DNA of 64,000 nucleotides from Patescibacteria group bacterium (GTDB taxonomy: Bacteria; Patescibacteriota; Microgenomatia; Levybacterales; UBA12049). The notes beneath the pieces were generated by a model. It saw only the letters and a list, made by a program, of their open reading frames with translations, did not search any database and was not told the origin of the DNA. The stretch spans positions 391,343 through 455,342 of the forward strand of contig BPJB01000001.1 of NCBI GenBank assembly GCA_026004395.1, given 5' to 3'. The position numbers and the translations under genes were made by a program. Every line of letters starts with the position of its first letter. Within the stretch, counting starts at the first letter, position 1. Positions 19,652 to 28,889 of this stretch are shown one piece after another.

Positions 19652-21985
19652 ATGTTAAAATATAAGACAAAAATTTTAAAAATAATCAACATATTAACTA
19701 TAATTTTTATAATACTTCTGCCATATTATATTTTTGGTGGTAAATTATTTATTGGTGGGGATGATACTAGGTTATTTTATATTTATCCTTACGAATGGCT
19801 AAAAAATATTTCATTTTTTTCATGGTTTCATTTCTCTTCAGTCGGCTTGGAAAATCCCAATCAAGCTATACTTCCTTTATTGATAATATTTTTATTTTTA
19901 AAGATGATTATTAATTCCAGTATAGTTATTGATTACCTTGCTTTTTCTTTACCCTTAATTCTCGGATTTGTTTTTTTTCAAAAGCTGATACAACAACTTC
20001 TATCTAAAACAAATTCTAATACTCGATTGATAACTTATACAGGATCGTTATTTTATATTTTTTCACCCATTTTAATACAAAATCAATTATCAATTTTTCT
20101 TTATTCAGTTTGGTTAATTGGTTTATTTCCTATTATAGGGTATTTCTTTATTCGTTATTTAAAGACTGAAAGTATTCTGTTTATATTTTTAAATATCATA
20201 ATAAGTACAATTTTTTCTGTATCTTTGTCTTCTATTCCTTGGGTATTAGGATTAATTTTGCCTTTAATAATAGGATTTCTGTTTGGATTATTTCTTTTTA
20301 ATAAAACTGAAATAGTATTTTTTCTAAAAAAATCAATAATTTTTTTGGGAATACTTCTGCTTTCTCAGTCATTCTGGGTTTTGCCTTTAATAACTAATCT
20401 TATTAGTGTTAAAAACAACAGCTTTATTGGCAACATTTTTTCTCCTCAATTTGGTAGTAGTTTTGTTCCAACTGTTTTAGCAACTGCTAATGGAAATATC
20501 ATATTTCCACTCTTGAATCTTCCTCATAGACAAATCGCTTTTGATTTTAACTGGAATGTTAAGAGTGTTTTTATTGATCACTACGATAGATTTTATTTAC
20601 TAAATATTATTTTTATACTTATTGTTTTTTATGGTCTATTTTATAGTAAAAAGTTCTTAAATAGTTTGGAGCAAAAAATATATTTAGTTCTTTTTCTTGC
20701 ATTCTTGTCATCATTATTTTTTTACACAGTAAATATAGGTATATTGAAACCTTTTTTCCTTTTTTTAGGATATATTCCTGGTTTTGTTATGTTTAGAAAC
20801 TTTTATGATAAATTTGCTTTAGGATATGTTTTCCTCTATGCATTAATCTTTACAATTTCACTTGTCATTTTTCAAAGGAGTATTATTAAAAAAAATATTT
20901 TGTTAATGATAAATATTCTAGTATTGTTGATTATTTATATTAATATAATACCAATTAAGAAAATTATTTATGTACCCATCTGGACTACACATAATACTTA
21001 CAGTAATATAAATCTTCCTCAAGAATACATAAATTTTATGAATGAAGTAAAAAGCAAATTAACTTCAAGTTCCAAGATCTTAAGTCTTCCTTTGAATGTA
21101 GCAAGTTATACACTAATTAAAGATGATAATTCTAATAATATTTTTGCTGGTAGATCTCCTGTCCAATTATTTACTGGAATAAATGATTTTTCAGGAGAAT
21201 TGTCTTTTCCTCGAGAAGAAACTGCTAAGCTTTACGACTACTTTAAAAAAAGAGATTACTTTAATCTTGAAAGGTTCTTATATAAATATAATATAAATTA
21301 TATATTTGTAACTAGAAATATACCCGATGATCTCTTGGAATCTTATCTTTACAAAAAAGAATTAACAAAGTATCAGGAGGAAATGAGTCTATCGCAAATT
21401 TTAGATAAAAAAATTGTAGAAAGTGAGAATGGGAATTACGTTCTTTATTCAACAAGGATAAAAAATACAGCTTTAAGTTCTAATAATCTAATTTTTCAAA
21501 AAATAAATAATGTAAAATATAAACTATATATAAAAAAATTAAAAAATCCTCAACAATTAGTCTTTCATGATTCATATCATGATGGATGGAGATTGTTTCT
21601 TGTAAAAAACCCATCGCTAAAATGGTGTAATGAAAAAAGGCATTTTGATAAAATAAAGATTAATATTATTGAATGCAATCAAGGATTTGATTTTTTTAAT
21701 CTCTCAGATATTTTTAGATCATTTCAGAAAAGCGTTTTTGATAATTCCCATACTTTATTTAATAATTTTTCCAATAAATGGATTATTGATCCTTTAGTGG
21801 TCAAAGAAAATTTTAGTAGAGATTTCTATAAAACTAATCAAGATGGAAGCTATGATCTTGAGATGGAATTGTATTTTGTGCCTCAAAATCATTTTTATTT
21901 TGGTGCTATTTTAAGTATAGTAACTATTACAGGAGTTATATTTTTTTATTTCTTTCGTCTTGAGAGAAAGATATCTAAAAAATGA
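19652..21985 (+). CDS. AftD/YfhO-like large GT-C membrane protein
   Basis: GGDD after TM1, FRNFYDKF, external domain ending DSYHDGW...NKWIID...YFVPQ plus a terminal TM. Confidence 0.55.
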   Translation: MLKYKTKILKIINILTIIFIILLPYYIFGGKLFIGGDDTRLFYIYPYEWLKNISFFSWFHFSSVGLENPNQAILPLLIIFLFLKMIINSSIVIDYLAFSLPLILGFVFFQKLIQQLLSKTNSNTRLITYTGSLFYIFSPILIQNQLSIFLYSVWLIGLFPIIGYFFIRYLKTESILFIFLNIIISTIFSVSLSSIPWVLGLILPLIIGFLFGLFLFNKTEIVFFLKKSIIFLGILLLSQSFWVLPLITNLISVKNNSFIGNIFSPQFGSSFVPTVLATANGNIIFPLLNLPHRQIAFDFNWNVKSVFIDHYDRFYLLNIIFILIVFYGLFYSKKFLNSLEQKIYLVLFLAFLSSLFFYTVNIGILKPFFLFLGYIPGFVMFRNFYDKFALGYVFLYALIFTISLVIFQRSIIKKNILLMINILVLLIIYINIIPIKKIIYVPIWTTHNTYSNINLPQEYINFMNEVKSKLTSSSKILSLPLNVASYTLIKDDNSNNIFAGRSPVQLFTGINDFSGELSFPREETAKLYDYFKKRDYFNLERFLYKYNINYIFVTRNIPDDLLESYLYKKELTKYQEEMSLSQILDKKIVESENGNYVLYSTRIKNTALSSNNLIFQKINNVKYKLYIKKLKNPQQLVFHDSYHDGWRLFLVKNPSLKWCNEKRHFDKIKINIIECNQGFDFFNLSDIFRSFQKSVFDNSHTLFNNFSNKWIIDPLVVKENFSRDFYKTNQDGSYDLEMELYFVPQNHFYFGAILSIVTITGVIFFYFFRLERKISKK

Positions 21986-24117
21986 AAAATTCAATTTTCT
22001 ATATATTTATTTCTATCTTAATCTCCATGGCAGTATATTTTCCTCTGCTTAGTTTTCATATTTTCACATATTCTGATTGGGTTTTTTATTTTAGTAAAAC
22101 ATTGAAAGAGTTAGGTGAATTCTCTGTCTGGAATTCATTTTTTAATTTTGGATCTATAGATTTTCTATTCTGGAATTGGCCTTTACATGTTCTTTTTAGC
22201 CTGATTGGTTCATTTGGTTATGATTTCAATATAGTTGATAAATTATTGATATTTTGGCCAATGATTTTTGCCCTTCCCATTGGAAGTTATTTTTTAGTAA
22301 AGAAAATTATTCATTCTAATATTGGAGCTTTTATTGGTTCATTAATTTTGTCATATAATACATATTTTCTAAGTATTAATACACAAGGTCATGAGTTATT
22401 GACATTAGGATTTGTTCTTTCGATATTTGCTTTAATTTTTTTTATCAAGATTATTGAGGAAAAAAAAGTAATTTATTCTGCTGTATTTTTAATTAATTTG
22501 TTTTGGGTAGGAGTTTATGACTTGCGTAGTCTTTATATAATTTTAGCTGTTATTATTTTTTATTTGATCTATCTTTTAGTCTTTATTAATAATTATGCAA
22601 TAAAAAAGAAAACAATTTTATTGCCTGTTTTATCCTTATTTTTACTTATTTTTCTAAATTTATATTGGGTTTTGCCTATATTATCCATATCAGCATTAAC
22701 ATCTAATGAAAATTTAGGTAGATTGATCAGTTTTTCTGATTTTTATAGGCTGCAGCATGCAATAACCCTCCATTTTCCATTTTGGACCAATAGCATTCCT
22801 AAATGGGAGAAATTTATCCCTATTCCATGGTATTTTTGGTTATATCCTGTATTTGCGATTTTGGGACTTGTTGTAAATAAAAAAAATTTAAATATAATCT
22901 TCTTCGCAATACTTGCAGTAATAGGAATTTTACTTACAAAACAGCTGCATATTCCATTTGATAACTTGTACGAATTTTTATATAAAAATCTACTTGGATT
23001 TAATGCCTTCCGTGAGGCTAGTAAATTTTATTTTCTTATTGCTTTAGGATATTCAGTATTAATTGGTAGCTTAGCTGCATATGTATCAACTCACTGGAAC
23101 AAAAATAAATTGCAAAGATTTGGGAAATATAATCTAATTACTATATTATTTTTTTTACCGATCTGGAATACTATTCCTTATTTAACACGAGAAATTGATT
23201 CTCTTTTTGTTCCTAAGAGACTTCCAAATGATTTTAAAATTACCAAAAATTTTATTTTTGACCAAGAAGATTACTTTAGAACTTTTTGGATTCATCCTAG
23301 TGGAAGATGGGTTCTTTCTTCTGTAGATCATCCATTAATTGATGCTGAGGTGGTCATGAAAAACAACTGGAGTTCATTTTTACCACTCCAGTTTAATTCA
23401 CGTGAGAAAAAAGGAAAAATTCTTCTTCAGAATTTAAAAGATAAAAACACTGATAAACTTCTTGATCTTGCATCCACAAAATATGTCATGGTGCTACTAG
23501 ATGATTATGAAACAGGAGATTATATAGCAAAGGCAATAGGTGTATCAAAAAAATATGTATTAAATGAAATGGATAAAATAAATTATTTAAGAAAAATAAA
23601 TATCGGTACACAAGATATTTTACTCTATGAAAATTTCAATTTTAGACCTCATTTTTATACTACCTATCAGATAGAGAATATTAATTCTGAGATTCCTTAT
23701 AAAAAAGTAGAGTACAAAAGAATCAGTTCATCAGAATATGAAGTAATACTTAAGGGAGTGTCCAGACCTTTATACTTACATTTTACTGAAGCATATCACC
23801 CAGAGTGGGTATTAAGAATTGGTGATTTTAACATCCTAAATACAATTATTAAGAAAGATTATTTTTTATCTAATAAATATCATTTTGCAAATATTGCTGG
23901 ATTAAATTCATTTTTGATTGATTCAAAATTTATATGTAAAAATAATGATGTATGTAAAAAAAATTCTGATGGAAATTATGATTTGAAATTAACTGTTTTT
24001 TTCAAACCGCAAGCATATGCTTATTTAGGAATATCATTAGCTATATTTTCTTTTGTAGCGCTATTTATATTAATTATGATTATAATTAGTAATAAAAGAA
24101 TTTCTTATGATTTTTGA
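21982..24117 (+). CDS. AftD/YfhO-like large GT-C membrane protein, paralog
   Basis: YSDW after TM1, FREASKF, EAYHPEW...NSFLID...FFKPQ plus a terminal TM; ATGA-coupled. Confidence 0.55.
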   Translation: MKNSIFYIFISILISMAVYFPLLSFHIFTYSDWVFYFSKTLKELGEFSVWNSFFNFGSIDFLFWNWPLHVLFSLIGSFGYDFNIVDKLLIFWPMIFALPIGSYFLVKKIIHSNIGAFIGSLILSYNTYFLSINTQGHELLTLGFVLSIFALIFFIKIIEEKKVIYSAVFLINLFWVGVYDLRSLYIILAVIIFYLIYLLVFINNYAIKKKTILLPVLSLFLLIFLNLYWVLPILSISALTSNENLGRLISFSDFYRLQHAITLHFPFWTNSIPKWEKFIPIPWYFWLYPVFAILGLVVNKKNLNIIFFAILAVIGILLTKQLHIPFDNLYEFLYKNLLGFNAFREASKFYFLIALGYSVLIGSLAAYVSTHWNKNKLQRFGKYNLITILFFLPIWNTIPYLTREIDSLFVPKRLPNDFKITKNFIFDQEDYFRTFWIHPSGRWVLSSVDHPLIDAEVVMKNNWSSFLPLQFNSREKKGKILLQNLKDKNTDKLLDLASTKYVMVLLDDYETGDYIAKAIGVSKKYVLNEMDKINYLRKINIGTQDILLYENFNFRPHFYTTYQIENINSEIPYKKVEYKRISSSEYEVILKGVSRPLYLHFTEAYHPEWVLRIGDFNILNTIIKKDYFLSNKYHFANIAGLNSFLIDSKFICKNNDVCKKNSDGNYDLKLTVFFKPQAYAYLGISLAIFSFVALFILIMIIISNKRISYDF

Positions 24118-25139
24118 ATTTTTAAAACATAAGTGGGTAAAATGGGGATTTGTTCCATTTTCTTTTTTAATGCTTTGGCTCGGATTGTCTTTATACAATA
24201 TCAGAGCAGAATCTGGATTTACTGTATTAATTTATCAACATGGTAAAGAAAATTTTAGTAATTTTAATAGCCGTCAAATTCTAGCAAAAGAAAAAAGGAT
24301 TGGAGAGTTTAGAGCACAGTACGATTATCTAGGTATTGTTGCCGTAAAATTTAATACTTTTTCTAAAATTAACGATGATTATCTTTTATTTCGGATAAAA
24401 GAGAAAGGGAGTAATAAATGGTATTATGAGAATAAATATAAAGTTGATCAATTTCAGAATAATCAGTTATTCCCATTTGGTTTTCCCGTAATTGCTGATT
24501 CATTTGGTAAAACTTATGTATTTGAGATTGAATCATTGCATGGTGAATCAGGAAATGCAGTAGCTCTAAGTTCTATAGATCCTGTATTTGTTACAAAATA
24601 TCAATACCCAAGCAAAGAAATACTCGGTAATATTAATAAAGCTACATCTTTTTTAAAGATAAAATTAATCAATTCATTTTCTAATAAAGCTTTTTTGATA
24701 TCATCTGTCAGTATATTTATTACCGTTAATAGCATATATTCTTTATCAGCTTTATTTTCAGAAGTACTTATCTAAGAAATACTATCTTGTATTGTTTCCT
24801 GTATTTTTGCTAATTATAGAAAGTTTAATAGTAAATAACACTAATGATTTAATTGTTATTATACTAACTCTTTTAACTGCCACAGTTTTTCTTAGTTATA
24901 AAATTGAAAGTAGTGTAACTTTATCCTTTGTCTTGTTATTTTTGATTGCTGCACCCATTATGTTTTCTATTGGGGAGAAACAGATAGCTGAAAATTTTTC
25001 GATGTGGGCATATATGTTGTTATGGATAGGATTAATTCAGATGCTTTGGGAAGTAAAAAAAGGAAAAAAAGATCTAATAGATTATCGTGTGTTCTGGAAG
25101 AGATTATGGAACATTATTAGTTATCTCAAAAAAAGTTGA
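24107..25139 (+). pseudogene. Membrane protein with an extracellular beta-rich domain, split by one +1 frameshift near 24710 (~343 aa if repaired)
   Basis: The frame of ORF 24792 is open back to 24699 (VYLLPLIAYILYQ...) and overlaps ORF 24107-24775; removing one base gives a continuous protein. Confidence 0.55.
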
Positions 25140-25334
25140 AAGGCATAGCATATAGTATATGCAGTTACTGCAATATCAGATGGATTAGATGATTAGAGCT
25201 ATATTTCTTGCTCTTTTCAAAAATAATAATTTTTTGTTATTCAACACTAGTAAAGAGAAAAATTTAATACAAGAAAAGTTTCATTTCATAGTTCAAAGTT
25301 AAAGTCCAATATTCTTCAATTCAAAAGATAAAAA

Positions 25335-25343
25335 TGCTACAAT
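25335..25343 (+). promoter_or_regulatory. Extended -10 element
   Basis: TGCTACAAT, 6 nt before GTG 25350. Confidence 0.5.
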
Positions 25344-25349
25344 ACTCGA

Positions 25350-26315
25350 GTGAAAAGAGTTGAATCTATGATCAGTGTTGTTGTCCCTGTATTCAACGAA
25401 GAGGAGAGTCTGAATGATTTTTATAAAGAACTTATAAAATATTTGCCGAAACTCTCTGAAAATTACGAAATAATCTTTATTGATGATGGGTCAACAGATA
25501 CCTCTTTTGCTATTCTTAAGCGTCTTGAGAAAAAAGACAAGCATATTCGTATTTTTTCCTTAAGACGCAATATTGGTAAAGCAGAAGCTCTATCTCTTGG
25601 TTTTTATAAAGCGCGGGGTGATATTATTGTGACTCTTGATGCGGATCTTCAAGATCAGCCATCTGAGATACAAAAGCTCTTAAATATTCATCAAACAAAA
25701 GGAATTGATGTGGTATGTGGTTGGAGAAAAAACCGCAAGGATAAATCAAAGATGAAGATTATAAGTAAATTATTTAATATTGTTGTTAGAAAATTGTTTG
25801 ATGTTAATATTCATGATTACAATTGCGGTCTCAAACTCTACACTAAAGAGGCTGCCAAAAGTTTGAGGCTATACGGTGGCATGCATAGATTTATTCCTGT
25901 TCTTGTATATGAAATGGGTTTTTCTGTTGATGAAGTACCTGTAAGGCATGAAATGAGAAAATTTGGCAAATCCAAGTATGGATTTTCCAAGATCTTTAAA
26001 GACATGCCTGATATGTTCACCATGCTTTTTTTGGTTCGTTATATGAATCGTCCACTTCATTTTTTTGGCATTGCTGGAGGAGTATTGGCATTTATTGGAG
26101 TTGCAATCCTTACTTATCTTAGTGTTTTGCGTTTTATGGGTGAGAGGATTGGTACAAGACCGCTTTTATTTTTGGGGATACTTTTAGTACTTGTTGGAAT
26201 ACAAATATTTTTTACTGGTTTTCTTGCAGAGCTTATGATAAATGTTGCACATAGAGAAAGGATGAACTATCCAATCAAGTATCAAACTGGTGACGTAGAC
26301 AGTAAAATCAAGTAG
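25350..26315 (+). CDS. ArnC/GtrB-like undecaprenyl-phosphate glycosyltransferase (GT2 plus 2 TM)
   Basis: PVFNEE, IDDGSTD, DADLQD, GWRKNRKD, DYNCGLK, HRFIP, two C-terminal TMs. Confidence 0.88.
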   Translation: MKRVESMISVVVPVFNEEESLNDFYKELIKYLPKLSENYEIIFIDDGSTDTSFAILKRLEKKDKHIRIFSLRRNIGKAEALSLGFYKARGDIIVTLDADLQDQPSEIQKLLNIHQTKGIDVVCGWRKNRKDKSKMKIISKLFNIVVRKLFDVNIHDYNCGLKLYTKEAAKSLRLYGGMHRFIPVLVYEMGFSVDEVPVRHEMRKFGKSKYGFSKIFKDMPDMFTMLFLVRYMNRPLHFFGIAGGVLAFIGVAILTYLSVLRFMGERIGTRPLLFLGILLVLVGIQIFFTGFLAELMINVAHRERMNYPIKYQTGDVDSKIK

Positions 26316-26402
26316 TACTAAGCACAAAATTATTGGGAGGAAGGGATTCGTTCTGCTTTTACTTTATTCTTTTTTTCAACTTCTTTATACTAAATTAGCA
26401 GT

Positions 26403-26936
26403 ATGAAAATTGGTATTGATATTTCTCAGCTTGCATATTCGAATACTGGAGTTGCCAATTATTTTCATAACCTTCTTCAAAATCTTATTGCTGTAGACGA
26501 GCAAAATGAATATATTCTTTTTTATTCTTCATTAAGAAGAAAGCTAGATGATTCAATAATTAAATCATTAATTAATTCTCGGGTTAAACTGAAAAAATTT
26601 AGATTTCCGCCAATTTTGTTGGACTTGCTTTGGAACAAACTTCATATAGCGCCGATTGAGTGGTTTGTGGGAGATGTTGATGTATTTATTACCTCTGATT
26701 GGACAGAGCCGCCTGTTATAAAAGCTAAAAAGGTAACTATACTTTATGATTTAATCGTTTATAAATATCCTCAAGAAACTACTGCAAAAATTATTAAGAC
26801 ACAAAAAAGCAAACTTAAATGGGTTAGAAAAGAGGCAGATGCGATTCTTTGCATTTCTGAGTCTACAAAAAAAGATGCGTCTGAGATACTTGGTATAGAT
26901 CAAAAACGTCTTCATCTTGTGTATCCGGGAGTATAG
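26403..26936 (+). CDS. Stand-alone N-terminal half of a GT4 (GT-B) glycosyltransferase
   Basis: MKIGID, TGVANY, TILYDL, ISESTKKD; ends VYPGV with no C-terminal domain downstream. Confidence 0.7.
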   Translation: MKIGIDISQLAYSNTGVANYFHNLLQNLIAVDEQNEYILFYSSLRRKLDDSIIKSLINSRVKLKKFRFPPILLDLLWNKLHIAPIEWFVGDVDVFITSDWTEPPVIKAKKVTILYDLIVYKYPQETTAKIIKTQKSKLKWVRKEADAILCISESTKKDASEILGIDQKRLHLVYPGV

Positions 26937-27026
26937 TTGATAGAAAGGGATGGCTGTTAAGTATAAAGGATAATAGATTAATAAGAGAAGTACAAAAAAG
27001 ATCTTAACTTAAATATATATTCTAAT

Positions 27027-28158
27027 ATGATAATTGGTATTGATGGCAATGAAGCCAATGTGGAAAAGAAAGTAGGTATCAGCGAGTATGTTTATGAATT
27101 GCTATTGCAATTTAATAAAATGCAGGGTGGTAATGTACGATTTGAAATTTATTTGAAAAACAGTCCAAGAGATGATCTTCCCTCTGTAGGAAAAAATTGG
27201 CATTATCATGTTTTTGGTCCACGTAAATTATGGACGCAATTCGCCTTACCTCTTAGACTCTATATAGCCAGAAATCGGCCTGATGTTTTTTTCTCTCCTG
27301 GACATTATGCACCACGATTTTCACCAGTACCTCAAGTAATATCTATCATGGATTTGGCATTTTTTCATTTTCCAGAATATTTCACTAGAAAAGATCTTGC
27401 TCAGCTTAAGAGTTGGACAGAGTATTCTGTTAGAAAAGCAGATGCAATTATTACCATTAGTCATGCTTCAAAAGATGATATAATCAAAAAATACACTATT
27501 CCTGAGGAGAAAATCTATGTTATTTATCCGGGTATTAAAGCGGAAATGACCCTGCAACATTCTGTCTCTGCTATGAATGAACTAAAAGCAAAATATTCAC
27601 TTTCTGAGAAATATATTCTTTTTGTGGGAACTCTTCAGCCTCGCAAAAATATCTCACGTTTGATTGAGGCATTCTCAATTTTATCCAAAAAAAGAGCTTT
27701 CTCAGATATAGAGCTTGTCATTGTCGGCAAAAAAGGATGGAGTTATGAGGATATATTGCAAGCTCCTAAGAAATTTGCTGTTGAGGATCGTGTTAAATTT
27801 CTTGATTTTGTACCTGATGAGGATCTGCCACTTTTGTACCACCACGCTCAGTGTTTTGTGCTACCCAGCCTGTATGAGGGGTTTGGTCTTCCAGTTCTTG
27901 AGGCCATGAAGCATGACTGTCCTGTAATTACAAGTAACGTCAGTAGTCTTCCTGAAGCAGGAGGAGATGCGGCAGTTTATATTGATCCCTTATCAGTTAG
28001 TGATATTGCAGAAAAACTAGAAAAGGTTTTGTCAGATAAAAATCTTCGTAATACAATGATAGAGAGAGGCCGAAGACAGATTCAAAAATTTAGTTGGGAG
28101 AAGGCAGCTACAGGAGACGCTTAAAATATTACAAAAAGTTTATCAACAGAGAGAATAA
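27027..28158 (+). CDS. GT4 glycosyltransferase (MtfB-like) with a +1 frameshift near 28110 in the last helix
   Basis: [23 protein letters not shown]; FSWEKAA continues as QETLKILQKVYQQRE in the +1 frame (as assembled the ORF stops at 28124). Confidence 0.85.
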
Positions 28159-28233
28159 GAATTAGCATATTTTAAATACTTTTAAATATTTTGAGGTTTG
28201 GATATTTTATACAAAGATAATTTTTAACAACAT

Positions 28234-28785
28234 ATGCAGAGGATTAAAAGAAGAATTCTGACAGTAATTAATGAATTTATTATATTTTGGCTTCATCTTG
28301 TAAGTGTTATTCCATCTCATTTTTTGCGAAGGTTTTTTTATCGCCTTGCAGGTATAAAAATAGGTAAGGGCTCTACTATTCATACAGGGGCAAGATTTTA
28401 TTATCCCAAAAATATCAGTATTGGTGATGATAGTATCATTGGAGAAGGAGTTGTTTTAGATGGACGTGGAAAACTTGTTATTGGTAATCATGTGGCATTC
28501 GCATCAGAAGTGATGGTTTACAATGCAGAGCATAATATTCAGAGTGAAAATTTTGAAGCAATAAATGAGGATGTGATTATTGATGACTATGTTTTCATAG
28601 GACCGCGGGCTATCATTCTTCCTGGAGTCCATATTGGTAAAGGTGCTGTTATTGCAGCCGGTGCAGTAGTTACCAAAGATGTTCCTCCTCTAACTATCGT
28701 TGGAGGTGTTCCTGCCAAAGTAATTGGAGAAAGAAAAGTGGCAAATCTTAACTATCGTTTGGGAAGGGCTGCATGGTTTCGTTGA
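28234..28785 (+). CDS. Left-handed beta-helix O-acetyltransferase (WcaF/Maa-like)
   Basis: Hexapeptide repeats; [37 protein letters not shown]. Confidence 0.88.
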   Translation: MQRIKRRILTVINEFIIFWLHLVSVIPSHFLRRFFYRLAGIKIGKGSTIHTGARFYYPKNISIGDDSIIGEGVVLDGRGKLVIGNHVAFASEVMVYNAEHNIQSENFEAINEDVIIDDYVFIGPRAIILPGVHIGKGAVIAAGAVVTKDVPPLTIVGGVPAKVIGERKVANLNYRLGRAAWFR

Positions 28786-28787
28786 AT

Positions 28788-28873
28788 TTATCCTCTTTTA
28801 CAAGTTTCACTAAAGTACGCTAAAATAATTAATAATATAGTTATTTTGTAGCAAAATTTTGGATAGAGGATAA
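28788..28873. repeat. Nested inverted repeat filling the intergenic region
   Basis: TTATCCTCT (28788-96) with AGAGGATAA (28865-73); inner AAAATAATTA (28822-31) with TAGTTATTTT (28838-47). Confidence 0.45.
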
Positions 28874-28889
28874 GTATCTATTTATTAAG

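Noticed and set aside
11882-25340. Prophage, integron or transposon explaining the AT-rich block
   Set aside because: No integrase, transposase, attC-like repeats or flanking direct repeats were seen.
26937-27026. Stop-codon readthrough or alternative genetic code joining the half GT4 to a C-terminal domain
   Set aside because: The downstream sequence has further stops and no GT-B C-terminal motif; TGA, TAG and TAA all end conserved genes normally, so code 11 applies.
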